Source of the DNA: Candidatus Babeliales bacterium
Lineage (GTDB): Bacteria > Babelota > Babeliae > Babelales > JANWKD01
Length of the DNA: 64,000 nt
Direction of reading: 5' to 3'
NCBI GenBank assembly: GCA_963701665.1
Contig: OY969622.1
Location: 256,001 to 320,000 of the forward strand
The notes below the pieces were generated by a model. That model saw only the letters and a program-made list of their open reading frames with translations. It did no database searches and had not been told where the DNA came from. How positions within the stretch are numbered: position 1 is the first letter of the stretch; each line of letters begins with the position of its first letter. This document shows positions 19,490 through 29,086 of this stretch, piece after piece. A program made the position numbers and the translations under genes.

Positions 19490-20929
19490 ATGATTCTTCC
19501 ACCTCACTTTGTTGTAAAGAAAGATTCAATGATACTTGCCTATGCTCAAAGTATAATTACCCCTATTTTTGGTTCCTTTGAACGTGAAGAGTTCAAAAAA
19601 TTCCTTAAATTGGGGGCTGTTTTTAGTGCCATTATTGGCTCTTATTGGACCCTGGGGACTATCAAAGAGGCACTCGTTAGCCTCCTAATAGGGTCAGCAA
19701 TGCTTCCCCATGCAAAAGCAGCCTCGTTAATATGCCTCATTCCCGCGCTTATGCTCTATTCCCGCCTTCTTGATTATCTTTCAAGAGAGCGGCTTTTTTA
19801 CGTCCTTTCTTGGGGGTATGCTGCTATTACCTTCGTTTTTGCCCTTCTTTTAATGCATCCAGATATAGGACAGGCAGATGCGGCTACTATTGCAGCACGT
19901 ACGGGGTGGGCTTCATGGGGGACCCAATTTTTGGGCTACGCATATTATGCAATAATTGAAAGCTATGGTTCCTTGATGGTGGCTCTGTTTTGGTCAATTG
20001 CCGTTGACACCACGCAACCTGAATCGGCCAAAAAAGGTTTTTCTTTTGTTGTGGCCTTAGGACAATTTGGGGGCATTATAAGTCCATTCATAATTTGTAA
20101 AATTCCACGATTTTTTGGTTTTGAAACGTGTGGTTTATCAGTAATGATCAGTTGCATGTTGCTCCTTAGCGCACTATTTCTTTTACGGTACTTGTTGACA
20201 TCGACACCTCCAGAGTTTTTACGATCATTTCATGGGACGAATGAAAAAACCATTGAAGAAAAACAAGAGCCAGGATTTTTTGAAGGATTAAAACTTTTAT
20301 TGCAGCATCGCTATTTACTGTGCATTTTTTCTATGCTGTTTTTCTTTGAGATGCTTACACAAATCTTTGACTTTCATTTTAAATGCATGGCAGCTGAACA
20401 ATTTGCTGGGTTAGCATTAGTTGAATATATAAGTACCTATAGCAGTATGGTCAGCTTGATGACGCTGCTGTGTTTAGTGTTAGGTGTGAACCGTATTACG
20501 CAGTTTTTTGGTTTAGGTGTTTCACTTGCCTTAATGCCGATTATGGTCGGGTGTGCCATCTTTGGCTTTATTACCACCCATCATCTTTTATTTCTTTTTT
20601 GGCTTATGGTTGCATCTAAAGCATGCAATTATGCACTCAATGTGCCAGCAGTAAAACAGCTTTATATTCCAACAACGCATGACGTACGTTTCAAAGCTCA
20701 AGCATGGATAGAGACTTTTGGCGCGCGTTCAGCCCGCCAAGGAGGAGGGTTTTATAATATGCTCTTGCATCCTTTACAACGTAATATGGGTTTGCATGCG
20801 GGATATTTATGTCATATTTGGATGACCGCCTATTTTGGTTTTGCATTTGTCATTGCGTGGTTCTTTATTGCACGTTATTTAGGCCGTACGTGCAAAGAAG
20901 CAGTTGAAACGCGCACGGTAGTTTGTTAG
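19490..20929 (+). CDS. NTT/Tlc-family nucleotide (ADP/ATP-type) transporter
   Basis: EEFKKFLKLG, YGSLMVALFW, AKKGFSFV, KACNYALNVPAVKQLYIPT..VRFKAQAWIE; ~12 TM helices. Substrate not determinable. Confidence 0.88.
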   Translation: MILPPHFVVKKDSMILAYAQSIITPIFGSFEREEFKKFLKLGAVFSAIIGSYWTLGTIKEALVSLLIGSAMLPHAKAASLICLIPALMLYSRLLDYLSRERLFYVLSWGYAAITFVFALLLMHPDIGQADAATIAARTGWASWGTQFLGYAYYAIIESYGSLMVALFWSIAVDTTQPESAKKGFSFVVALGQFGGIISPFIICKIPRFFGFETCGLSVMISCMLLLSALFLLRYLLTSTPPEFLRSFHGTNEKTIEEKQEPGFFEGLKLLLQHRYLLCIFSMLFFFEMLTQIFDFHFKCMAAEQFAGLALVEYISTYSSMVSLMTLLCLVLGVNRITQFFGLGVSLALMPIMVGCAIFGFITTHHLLFLFWLMVASKACNYALNVPAVKQLYIPTTHDVRFKAQAWIETFGARSARQGGGFYNMLLHPLQRNMGLHAGYLCHIWMTAYFGFAFVIAWFFIARYLGRTCKEAVETRTVVC

Positions 20930-21315
20930 TCGCCCTTCTTTTGCTTTTTTTCTTTTAAATTTACCTTATACATTGCAAATAAATCTTTGTGCTGTTGCAC
21001 TAAAACTCTAGCATTTACATAATTATCAGTATTAGCTGCAGTTTCATCAATTAAAAATTTTATTATTACATCATCTACCTCAATTAATCGCTCAACTATA
21101 ACTTCTTGGGACGAAGTTGATGGCGGCAATACATTCTTAGTGTCTAATACTTTTTTTATTCTTTTTTGAGTGGGCCCAGTTCTTCTTTCTCGGCGTTTTA
21201 TGAATCGATCAATAAATGTGCGAGGCTTTGTATCGTTGTCTTCCATTCCTAACGTGCTAAACACGGGTGCTGAAGTAAAAAATAGTAAGGCAAATAGTGC
21301 ATAAATTTTTAGCAT
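20926..21315 (-). CDS. Secreted hypothetical protein (GME), basic
   Basis: Signal peptide then LG-MEDN; KRRERR and KEKKQKK basic patches. Confidence 0.65.
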   Translation of the reverse strand: MLKIYALFALLFFTSAPVFSTLGMEDNDTKPRTFIDRFIKRRERRTGPTQKRIKKVLDTKNVLPPSTSSQEVIVERLIEVDDVIIKFLIDETAANTDNYVNARVLVQQHKDLFAMYKVNLKEKKQKKGD

Positions 21316-21451
21316 GGTGTTACTTTCTCAAGAAATTAAATATGGTCTACTAGTATAGTAAAGCATGCTTAATAATTTTAAAGGGAATCTTACGACAATA
21401 ATAAGCGCAAAATAGCGGGAAGTTTTTTATTATAAGAATTTTGATGTATAC

Positions 21452-21492
21452 AAAGCCGCGAGAAAGTTAGATTGCTTTCCCGCGGCTTTTTT
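21452..21492. terminator. Terminator-like hairpin
   Basis: AAAGCCGCGAGAAAG-TTAGATTG-CTTTCCCGCGGCTTTTTT. Confidence 0.7.
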
Positions 21493-21496
21493 CTAT

Positions 21497-21760
21497 TTAT
21501 CGAGGAGGTCTAGCGTGCTGTTCTCTGTTTGGTCTAGGAGCTTTTGGTGGCACTGGAGCGCTTTTTCCTGGTCTTGCAACTGCTGCAGGTTGAGGTTGCG
21601 TAGGTGCTGCTGGAGCAGGTTTTGCTGGTGAAGCTGCTGTGGGTCTAGGTTTGCCGCCGCCACCGCCGCATCCACATTTACTATCATCTCGAGGCGATGC
21701 AACGAGTGCTGAACTTAAGCCGAGGCTTAAGAGACAGGCTAAAACGAGGGTTTTTTTCAT
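21497..21760 (-). CDS. Small secreted Gly/Pro/Ala-rich protein
   Basis: AGGAG RBS; signal peptide; CGCGGGGG then a P/A-rich disordered tail. Confidence 0.7.
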   Translation of the reverse strand: MKKTLVLACLLSLGLSSALVASPRDDSKCGCGGGGGKPRPTAASPAKPAPAAPTQPQPAAVARPGKSAPVPPKAPRPNREQHARPPR

Positions 21761-21784
21761 AGAGTCTCCTTTTAAATAAAGTAA

Positions 21785-22432
21785 CTACACGTATTCACAA
21801 TATTTTTTATAGTGAGCTGCTTGGTATAATGTAAGAACCTTGAGCAGAAGCTCACGATAACTTTCAAGGGAATCGACGATATAATTAAGTAATTTTGATT
21901 GCTCATCCCAAGTGCGTAGGAGTAATTTGTCTTTAAAGTAAGGTTGTTGCTCAAATTCAAGCGCTTGCTCCTCAGTCATGGGGCCCCCCTGCATGACGAG
22001 CGTTTCTTTGCTTGCTGAAGATAATCTTTCATAATAGGTTGGATTAACAAAAGTTAAATAGCGCTTTGCATCAACATGCCCCCGAATAAGATCTGCAATT
22101 TTTTTCGAAAATCCTTTTTCAAGAACGTACGCTCTACCTATTTTTTCATGATCCGCTGCACCCAGGCCGTTAGTATCATCATGTATAAGAAGATGGCCAA
22201 TATCATGTAATAGTGCAGCCACTATTGTTTCATCATCAGCATTCGCATTTTTTGCCCGGTGTGCGCATTGTAATGCGTGTTCAAGTTGCGAAACCGGTTC
22301 ACCAATATAATCATAGGAGGCGCCACTTTGCAAAATGGTCATAATCTCTTCAACAACTTGTTCAGGAGTTTGGGCTGCTGAAGTATTAAGTGTTACCATC
22401 AAAAATATCATCGCTATCGCGCGTATCTTCAT
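21785..22432 (-). CDS. HD-domain protein of the PhnZ-like diiron oxygenase group, with signal peptide
   Basis: YIGEPVSQLEHALQCA, AALLHDIGH, HEKIG, HVDAKRYL, LSSASKETLVMQGGPM, LRTWDEQSK. Confidence 0.85.
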   Translation of the reverse strand: MKIRAIAMIFLMVTLNTSAAQTPEQVVEEIMTILQSGASYDYIGEPVSQLEHALQCAHRAKNANADDETIVAALLHDIGHLLIHDDTNGLGAADHEKIGRAYVLEKGFSKKIADLIRGHVDAKRYLTFVNPTYYERLSSASKETLVMQGGPMTEEQALEFEQQPYFKDKLLLRTWDEQSKLLNYIVDSLESYRELLLKVLTLYQAAHYKKYCEYV

Positions 22433-22733
22433 TAATTTCGATCTTTCGCAAATTGGAATAGATATCTTTTAAATCTAATTCTGGTGCAAGCAGTTGAATG
22501 GTGTATTCTGCTACAGATAGTTTTTCCTGGGTAAAGGCAAGTTCATATTGCAGTCGATCTATTAACGAATTTTCAAATGGGGCGTGGGATTTTTTTTTTG
22601 AAAATATCCGCAATATTTTTGCATTCAGGTCGTCCTCATTTGAAATAACCGAATCTTGCCCATTCTCCATGGCCTGACCTGTTAACGTAGTAAACAACAA
22701 GAGTACGCTCAAAATCTTTTCTATATTTTTCAT
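22386..22733 (-). CDS. Secreted hypothetical protein (AME)
   Basis: Signal peptide, GQA-MENG. Confidence 0.6.
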   Translation of the reverse strand: MKNIEKILSVLLLFTTLTGQAMENGQDSVISNEDDLNAKILRIFSKKKSHAPFENSLIDRLQYELAFTQEKLSVAEYTIQLLAPELDLKDIYSNLRKIEINEDTRDSDDIFDGNT

Positions 22734-22886
22734 TGTTTTTTTGTACTATTTTCTCGATTTAACATGTAATAACAGTAGCCTAATTTAAAAAAAAATCTGT
22801 TGCAAGATATTCAAATCTCTTGTAATGAAAGTTACGCGCGCATCACACTTTAGAATATAGGGACACCATTTTAAGTGGAGTGTTAG

Positions 22887-23738
22887 ATGATTGGAAAGAT
22901 ATTTTCTTTGGGTATCTATAGCTTATTAACGATAGGTACGATAGAGGCCGCAGATATACGGGGTTATGTGCTGAGAAATATCGATGACCAACCCGTGAAT
23001 GTAATGGTAGAAGATCATCTTTTTAGGCCGCTCAGTAATGAGAAGCTTGAGCCGAATGATGAACTTATTTTGTCTTTATACTATTTAAATGTGATGCAAG
23101 CAAAAAAATTACAAATTTTTTTTAAAAGACAAGATAAAGATGCAGGCAATACTCGAACCGAAGAAATTGATTTTAAATTAAGAGGATCAAAAATAATTAA
23201 GGTTCATGGGGTTGATTCTGTCAGAGAAGAAACAGATCTTGTGCTTAAAAGTTTACACAAGCGCAGAACAGAAAAACCAAAAGTAGTCCCTGTTCAAAAA
23301 AAAATTTTGGGGTATTACTTTAGAAATATTGATGAGATACCTTTGAGAGTTGACCTTTTAAATAAACAGTCGGGTACTATTTTCAAAAGCACAATACTAC
23401 AACCAAATGAAGAATTTCTTTTAGATGTAGATTATTTTAAAAAGAACCATCTATTAAAGTTTACGGTAATAACTTATTACAATAAATATACAAACTATTG
23501 GAAGGAACTCTATAGAGAGAAACTGCTAAGCCCGTGTAAAAAATATAAAGTTGATAAAGTAAGGAATGAGTCAAGTTTGATTACAGGATTTTGGTCAAAA
23601 CATATAGAAAAACCAGGTACTGATAAAGAAATTGTTGCGGTGCGCAAAGTACCAGGCGTCAACTTTGAAGAATTTTATAAAAAATGTACCGGGCTTTATA
23701 AGCAACGTGAAAAGCCAGCCGTTGCTGAGGCTACATAA
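22887..23738 (+). CDS. Secreted hypothetical protein with two homologous domains
   Basis: GYVLRNIDDQPV..LEPNDELIL versus GYYFRNIDEIPL..LQPNEEFLL. Confidence 0.7.
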   Translation: MIGKIFSLGIYSLLTIGTIEAADIRGYVLRNIDDQPVNVMVEDHLFRPLSNEKLEPNDELILSLYYLNVMQAKKLQIFFKRQDKDAGNTRTEEIDFKLRGSKIIKVHGVDSVREETDLVLKSLHKRRTEKPKVVPVQKKILGYYFRNIDEIPLRVDLLNKQSGTIFKSTILQPNEEFLLDVDYFKKNHLLKFTVITYYNKYTNYWKELYREKLLSPCKKYKVDKVRNESSLITGFWSKHIEKPGTDKEIVAVRKVPGVNFEEFYKKCTGLYKQREKPAVAEAT

Positions 23739-23800
23739 CCAAGCATCGGACGGCAAAGATCAGAAAGAACTTGAACAAAAATAATTTAATTGTAGTTTAT

Positions 23801-24811
23801 TCAAATTACAATCTGAGGTATATAAGGAACGCCGGAGTGCTTATAGAAAGTATGTACCGATTGTAGATAGTGTTGTGTGTCTGTTGCATCATCATGACTG
23901 TAGCCAGAATGAATAGAATTTTCAAGTGTAACAAATTCTACATTTTTAAGCCCAGCATGTTTGAGAGCTTGATAAAGGTTGAACGAATTTTTATAAGGCA
24001 CGCGCTGATCTTTTAATGAACCAATAAAAAGCACCCGTATTTCATTAGTATTGCATACCTCAACAAAACGCTGCAGGATTTTTTGATTAAGAGGCGCAAT
24101 ACCATAATGATCATAATGAGGCAAAAGGCATGAAAGGGCATAACTTAGAGAGGTCATATTGGCAAGCGAGTCAAAGCATGATTCTAAAATAATTGCTTTG
24201 ATTGGTTTTAAGCATTGTGCTGGATCGTACATGCATGCAACGAAGTTGAATGCTGCTACTGCGCCACGAGAAACACCATAAAGAATAATAGAATCGGGAA
24301 GCAAGGGCGAATTTTGCATATCTTGAAATGTTTTTGCAAGTACATGCATGTCATGCATCTGGCCAAAATTAAGGGCAAAAATATTCAAAAAGTAGGGGTT
24401 AATGCTTATATTATTTTTTGCGTTTCCTGAAATGGTTATTTGATAGCGATTATTGCTCGTATCAAGAATATGCCGTGCGAGTGGCGTAACGAGGGCATTA
24501 AAGAGAGCGTACGGCAAGTCTGACCACGTGCGCGTTTTTTTATCAAGAAGCGTACGCAATGTTATTTCGGGGAAATTGCACGCGACCGTTTTAGGCCCTT
24601 GCATAACTTCAAAACCGTGCTTGCTGGTGACTAATTCACCCGTTGTTGCAAGATAGGAATTGCAGTATTTTGCTGCTTGATGTTCAGAAGACCAAAGGCC
24701 GGGAGCAAAAAGATAACTTGCTTCTCCATGCCATTCATGTGCAGCTGCATTAAAAATGAGATATGTACTAATTATGCAGAGAGAAAGTACGTATTTTAAT
24801 GAATATGCCAT
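23801..24811 (-). CDS. Secreted alpha/beta hydrolase
   Basis: LYGVSRGA nucleophile elbow, ILESCFDS, DQRVP, SIHS; signal peptide from ATG 24811. Confidence 0.8.
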   Translation of the reverse strand: MAYSLKYVLSLCIISTYLIFNAAAHEWHGEASYLFAPGLWSSEHQAAKYCNSYLATTGELVTSKHGFEVMQGPKTVACNFPEITLRTLLDKKTRTWSDLPYALFNALVTPLARHILDTSNNRYQITISGNAKNNISINPYFLNIFALNFGQMHDMHVLAKTFQDMQNSPLLPDSIILYGVSRGAVAAFNFVACMYDPAQCLKPIKAIILESCFDSLANMTSLSYALSCLLPHYDHYGIAPLNQKILQRFVEVCNTNEIRVLFIGSLKDQRVPYKNSFNLYQALKHAGLKNVEFVTLENSIHSGYSHDDATDTQHYLQSVHTFYKHSGVPYIPQIVI

Positions 24812-24822
24812 GTACCTTTTAA

Positions 24823-25455
24823 CTATTCGATGTTTTGCCCGCAAAGAGCCATAATTGTTTTGTATTTATCATAAGATAATGTTGGTGCATGAACATAAAA
24901 ATTATTAATGGTAGTTATCAGCTTTGTATTTTTCCTGCCGCACCAGTTCCTATATTGATTTGCATGTGCCATGGCATTATTAATATCTGTTGCCGAAGCT
25001 TTTTGCTCTTTATAATTTCTTTGAATTATACCCCCGAGCTCAGTCAACGATGTAGCATGTTTATTATACCAATTTTTATATTCAGTATATACATATATAG
25101 ATCCCAGTATAACCGCTGCGGTAGCAACTGCTTCTCTATGATTATTAACGAAAGCGCATGTATTTTTAGTTAAGGTCAATGGGTTAACTTTTACACCCGA
25201 TACTTGGAAATTTGATTTGCCTTCAAGATAGTTGAACGCATTAGATGCTTGTTTTCCTAAGAATTCTAATGCTGCTCCGCCGTTATATTTTACGGCGTTT
25301 TTGAGTGTCTCTAGAACAGGTTGGCGTGCAATTATGGTAATTTCTAAAGCCGGTTGTACAGCATCAGCTGGGATTGGATCTGCCTGTAATGAACGAATAG
25401 AAAGCGCTGCTACAACGCCTAAGAAAAATATAAGAGCTATTTTTTTTAATGACAT
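24823..25455 (-). CDS. Exported/membrane hypothetical protein
   Basis: GGAGGA RBS, signal peptide, one internal TM segment. Confidence 0.65.
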   Translation of the reverse strand: MSLKKIALIFFLGVVAALSIRSLQADPIPADAVQPALEITIIARQPVLETLKNAVKYNGGAALEFLGKQASNAFNYLEGKSNFQVSGVKVNPLTLTKNTCAFVNNHREAVATAAVILGSIYVYTEYKNWYNKHATSLTELGGIIQRNYKEQKASATDINNAMAHANQYRNWCGRKNTKLITTINNFYVHAPTLSYDKYKTIMALCGQNIE

Positions 25456-25583
25456 AAAATTCCTCCACTTAAAAACAGTAATTTTAGGGTAATTACTGGT
25501 ATAACCTCTTTATATAAATTAAACAAAAGCCAGAATTTGTCAACTTACCAGGTTCGCAAACAGGCCATTTTTAGGTGGAGTAT

Positions 25584-25612
25584 TTGACAAAATTGACAAT
25601 TTGTCTTACGAT
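25584..25612 (+). promoter_or_regulatory. Sigma70-type promoter of the DEAD-box helicase gene
   Basis: TTGACA (25584-25589), 17 nt, TACGAT (25607-25612). Confidence 0.65.
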
Positions 25613-25630
25613 TGAGGTATCCTAAGAGGG

Positions 25631-25786
25631 CCAATAAGACGGTGAGCCCTGCGGGGTTGAATTGAAAAAGCGACATAATTTGTTTGTGATACCCAATTTT
25701 GCTCAGGTTAAACCGAGCGCCGTCTTAACTGGAAAAAGCCTGTATTTGGCATATTTGAGGCGTATTTAGCCTATATGTAATGCCGG
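25631..25786 (+). promoter_or_regulatory. Candidate structured 5' leader RNA
   Basis: TAAGACGGTG (25635-44) pairs with CGCCGTCTTA (25718-27) and encloses smaller hairpins; a second hairpin lies at ~25748-25784. Confidence 0.5.
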
Positions 25787-25820
25787 GTAAGCATCACGAA
25801 CCTTCGATAGGAAAAATCTT

Positions 25821-27554
25821 ATGAAATCATTTAAAGAACTGGCTTTAGCGCCTGAAATTGCTAAAGCTCTCCAAAACCTAGGCTTTGAAACGCCTACAGA
25901 AATTCAAGCGAAAGCTATCCCTTTACTTCTTGATTCAAAGAATATTGATATTCATGGTCAAGCTCAAACGGGTACGGGAAAAACGTTAGCTTTCGGTATT
26001 CCTTTAATTCAAAACATTGATGCAACACGCCGTGAAGTGCAAGGGTTGATTGTAGCACCGACTCGTGAATTAGTAGTGCAAATTTGCCAAAGCTTGCGCA
26101 GCGTAGCACAAGAGACTGGTATTGAGATTGCGCCTATTTATGGTGGTGTTTCAATGGAAGAACAGATCCGACAACTCAGAAAAGGTGTGCACATTGTTGT
26201 GGGAACGCCGGGACGTCTCAATGATCATTTACGCCGTAAAACGCTAACGCTCGGCTCATTATCAACGCTCGTTCTTGATGAAGCTGATATTATGCTTGAT
26301 ATGGGATTCAAAGAAGAAGTAGACGAGATTTTGAATTACGCGCCGCGTAATCGTCAAATTTGGCTCTTTTCTGCGACCGTTAAGCAGGGTATCAGTGATA
26401 TTATGCGCGTGCATATGAAAGATCCTGTATCAGTACGCGTGAGTCAGCAAAATGTAGGGACTACCAAAACTGAACAATTTTATTGTGTTGTACCAATGCG
26501 CGATCGTATTGCTGCATTGAGTAGATTTATTGATAGCGTGCCGGAATTTTACGGCTTTATCTTTTGTCAGACAAAAATATTAACGGCTGAAGTTGCTGAA
26601 CATTTAAACCGTCGTGGTTATGCTGCCAATGCATTGCATGGTGACATGAGCCAAGTACAACGAAATCGCGTTATTAAAATGTTCAAACAACGAGAATTTA
26701 CTATTTTAGTGGCGACTGACGTCGCAGCGCGTGGTATTGACGTTTCAGACTTAACCCACGTTATCAACTATTCATTACCTGATGATCAAGAAAGTTATGT
26801 TCATCGTATTGGAAGAACAGGGCGTGCCGGTAAAGAAGGTACGGCTATTACGTTCGTTAGTCAAAGTGAAACACGCTATATTGGCGGATTACAAAGAAAA
26901 TTCAAAGTTACCATACAGCCGATAGTGGTTCCTTCAAGTGATGCAATTGCTCAGGTTCGTATGAAACAAGCGGGTGAGTACCTTAAAGAAAGTATTGCAC
27001 AAAGTACGAATAGTACCTACAGTGCACAATTACAGAGCTTAATCGATACATTCCCTACGGCCGATCTTTCACGCGCCTTAGTTTCCTTGCTTGATGAAAA
27101 ATTTTTCAAACACGTGGCATCAGATCAAAATATAAAATTTGCGCCAACAGTACATTTAAATGCTGACAGAGATGATGGCATGCCTGCTATGAAAGAGCTA
27201 TGCCTTAATGTTGGTTCTGATGATGGCATCACAAAATCTGACGTTCTTGATTGGCTTGCTGACGTGGCAAAATTAGACGTGAAAAACATTGAAAGAATAA
27301 AAGTTATTAAACGACGTACGTTCATCGTGGTGAAACCTGAACACGCGCATGATATTGTTGAGCGTTTGAAAGGTGAAACACTCGGCGGCAGACGCGTACG
27401 TGTTGATATTAATCAGTATAGTTCATCGGGCGCTTCTTCTGATCGTTTTGCTGCAAGAAAGCAACGCGGCGGCGGTAACGGTAACAACCGTTTTGGCAGA
27501 TCCGGCGGCCGTAACAGATCAAATAATTACACTGACTACGCATTCGGGCGTTAA
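25821..27554 (+). CDS. DEAD-box RNA helicase (DeaD/CshA type) with DbpA RNA-binding domain
   Basis: Q-motif, AQTGTGKT, PTRELV, TPGRL, DEAD, SAT, ARGID, HRIGRTGRAG; LNVGSDDGI domain; Gly/Arg tail. Confidence 0.95.
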   Translation: MKSFKELALAPEIAKALQNLGFETPTEIQAKAIPLLLDSKNIDIHGQAQTGTGKTLAFGIPLIQNIDATRREVQGLIVAPTRELVVQICQSLRSVAQETGIEIAPIYGGVSMEEQIRQLRKGVHIVVGTPGRLNDHLRRKTLTLGSLSTLVLDEADIMLDMGFKEEVDEILNYAPRNRQIWLFSATVKQGISDIMRVHMKDPVSVRVSQQNVGTTKTEQFYCVVPMRDRIAALSRFIDSVPEFYGFIFCQTKILTAEVAEHLNRRGYAANALHGDMSQVQRNRVIKMFKQREFTILVATDVAARGIDVSDLTHVINYSLPDDQESYVHRIGRTGRAGKEGTAITFVSQSETRYIGGLQRKFKVTIQPIVVPSSDAIAQVRMKQAGEYLKESIAQSTNSTYSAQLQSLIDTFPTADLSRALVSLLDEKFFKHVASDQNIKFAPTVHLNADRDDGMPAMKELCLNVGSDDGITKSDVLDWLADVAKLDVKNIERIKVIKRRTFIVVKPEHAHDIVERLKGETLGGRRVRVDINQYSSSGASSDRFAARKQRGGGNGNNRFGRSGGRNRSNNYTDYAFGR

Positions 27555-27661
27555 TAACGCTTTTATTTAGAGCTTATTTTCCAAATTCAATGAACATTCA
27601 ACTTTGATCAAAATTGAATTTGGCTGCGCAGAAGTAACATTAAAAACAAAATTGTCATTGC

Positions 27662-28839
27662 TGTAGAAGTTCATAATTTCGGTGAATAAAAAGATACCCA
27701 CAAAGGGAAATCAGAGTTAGAATTAAATATGCAAATATTAACAATTTTAACAGGAGTTCCTTTTATGGGTATAAATACATCGTATCGTACTTTAGCAAGC
27801 AATTCAATTAAATATATGCTAAAATATGTGGAAGAATACGAACTTGTTAAGTCAAAAAAACACCCTCAATTTAAGCGTGTTCGAGAATTTTTTGAAGCCA
27901 GAGAACTCTGTTTTCAGAATTTTTATAAGCTTTACAGACGCTACAAAGCTGCTCAGGAAATTCCCGAACTTTTGTTGCCTATAAGACGCGGTCCCAAGCC
28001 TAAGTTTGAAGAAATGCCGCTTGCAGATGATAGTCTTGTAAAACAAATTTTAGAGTATCGGAAATCAGGTTTAAATAGGTATGTTATTGCCGCAGCCCTC
28101 AAAAAAAATCCCTTGATTAAAAAGGGTTGTTCTGCAAGTTCAGTATATCGAACATTACGAAAATATGGCGTTTCTAAGTTAACTAAACGAGTACAAGAGG
28201 AAAAAAGAAAGATCGTGAGAACATTCGCAGGGTCATTAGCCCATATAGATTGCCATTACTTACCTAAAGAAATTGTGCAATCTGAACCTAAAAAGAAATA
28301 TTTTGTGCTGGGAGTTATTGATGACTTCTCTAGAATAGTTTGGGTTGAAGTAATTGAATCTCTCAAAGCAATAGATGTGACTTTTGCTATGATGGATATC
28401 ATTTTGCATATGAACCAACGATACGGTATCACATTTGATGAAGCTTTAACTGATAATGGTGCTGAATTTTGTTCAGGTCCAGAAAGATTAAAAAATCATC
28501 CTTTTGAAAGATTGCTACTTCATTTTGCTATTAAGCACCGAAGAACCCTCCCTTATAAGCCTCAAACAAATGGAAAAATTGAGAGATTTTGGCGTTCTTT
28601 TGATGATGAAGTTATTGAAGGATCTATATTTAACACAATTGATGAACTAAAAGATGCTGTTCTTGGCTATAATTTCTATCATAATGAACATCGGCCCCAT
28701 CAAGGTTTGGATGGTAAAATTCCATCAGCTTTGTTGAAGGAATCGAGCACACCCGTTTAAGGGAATTAAAAAATTTTCAATTTAACTCTGCTTGTCTCTT
28801 TGTGCCAAAAATTATTCACCGAAACTCTGAACACATACA
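27662..28839 (+). mobile_element. IS481-family insertion sequence, 1178 bp
   Basis: TGT...ACA ends; 28-bp IRs TGTAGAAGTTCATAATTTCGGTGAATAA / TGTATGTGTTCAGAGTTTCGGTGAATAA (23/28); 5-bp target duplication ATTGC at 27657-61 and 28840-44. Confidence 0.92.
27729..28760 (+). CDS. IS481-family DDE transposase
   Basis: AHIDCH, VIDDFSR, LTDNGAEF, PQTNGKIERFWR, HNEHRPHQGLDG. Confidence 0.93.
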   Translation: MQILTILTGVPFMGINTSYRTLASNSIKYMLKYVEEYELVKSKKHPQFKRVREFFEARELCFQNFYKLYRRYKAAQEIPELLLPIRRGPKPKFEEMPLADDSLVKQILEYRKSGLNRYVIAAALKKNPLIKKGCSASSVYRTLRKYGVSKLTKRVQEEKRKIVRTFAGSLAHIDCHYLPKEIVQSEPKKKYFVLGVIDDFSRIVWVEVIESLKAIDVTFAMMDIILHMNQRYGITFDEALTDNGAEFCSGPERLKNHPFERLLLHFAIKHRRTLPYKPQTNGKIERFWRSFDDEVIEGSIFNTIDELKDAVLGYNFYHNEHRPHQGLDGKIPSALLKESSTPV

Positions 28840-29086
28840 ATTGCGAGCCACGTATGTGACGTGGCAACCCAGCTTATAAAATTAGTTCCTTTAAAGGAAT
28901 TATTAAAGTTCTGGGTCACCACGTCACTATGTTCCTCGTGATGACACTTTTGTTTAAAATGTTCATTTTTCCGATCGTTACTCTTTAGAATTTTTTGGAT
29001 AAGTTATTAAAAAACGCACGTTTTCCAAACTAGACATTTGTGCGGGTGAATTGTATCTTTAGCTCAACTTTTTTAAAGGAGAGTAT

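Larger units (their letters stand above)
27653..28946. repeat. TGTC-tagged palindromic doublet element interrupted by IS481
   Basis: TGTCATTGC (27653-61) | IS | ATTGCGAGCCACGTATGTGACGTGGCAACCCAG...CTGGGTCACCACG..CTCGTGATGACA (28840-28946). Confidence 0.88.

Noticed and set aside
25650..25720. TPP riboswitch or SRP RNA in the helicase leader
   Set aside because: Lacks the CTGAGA and ACCTGA core of TPP and the GGAA loop/AGCAG motif of SRP; gene context does not fit.
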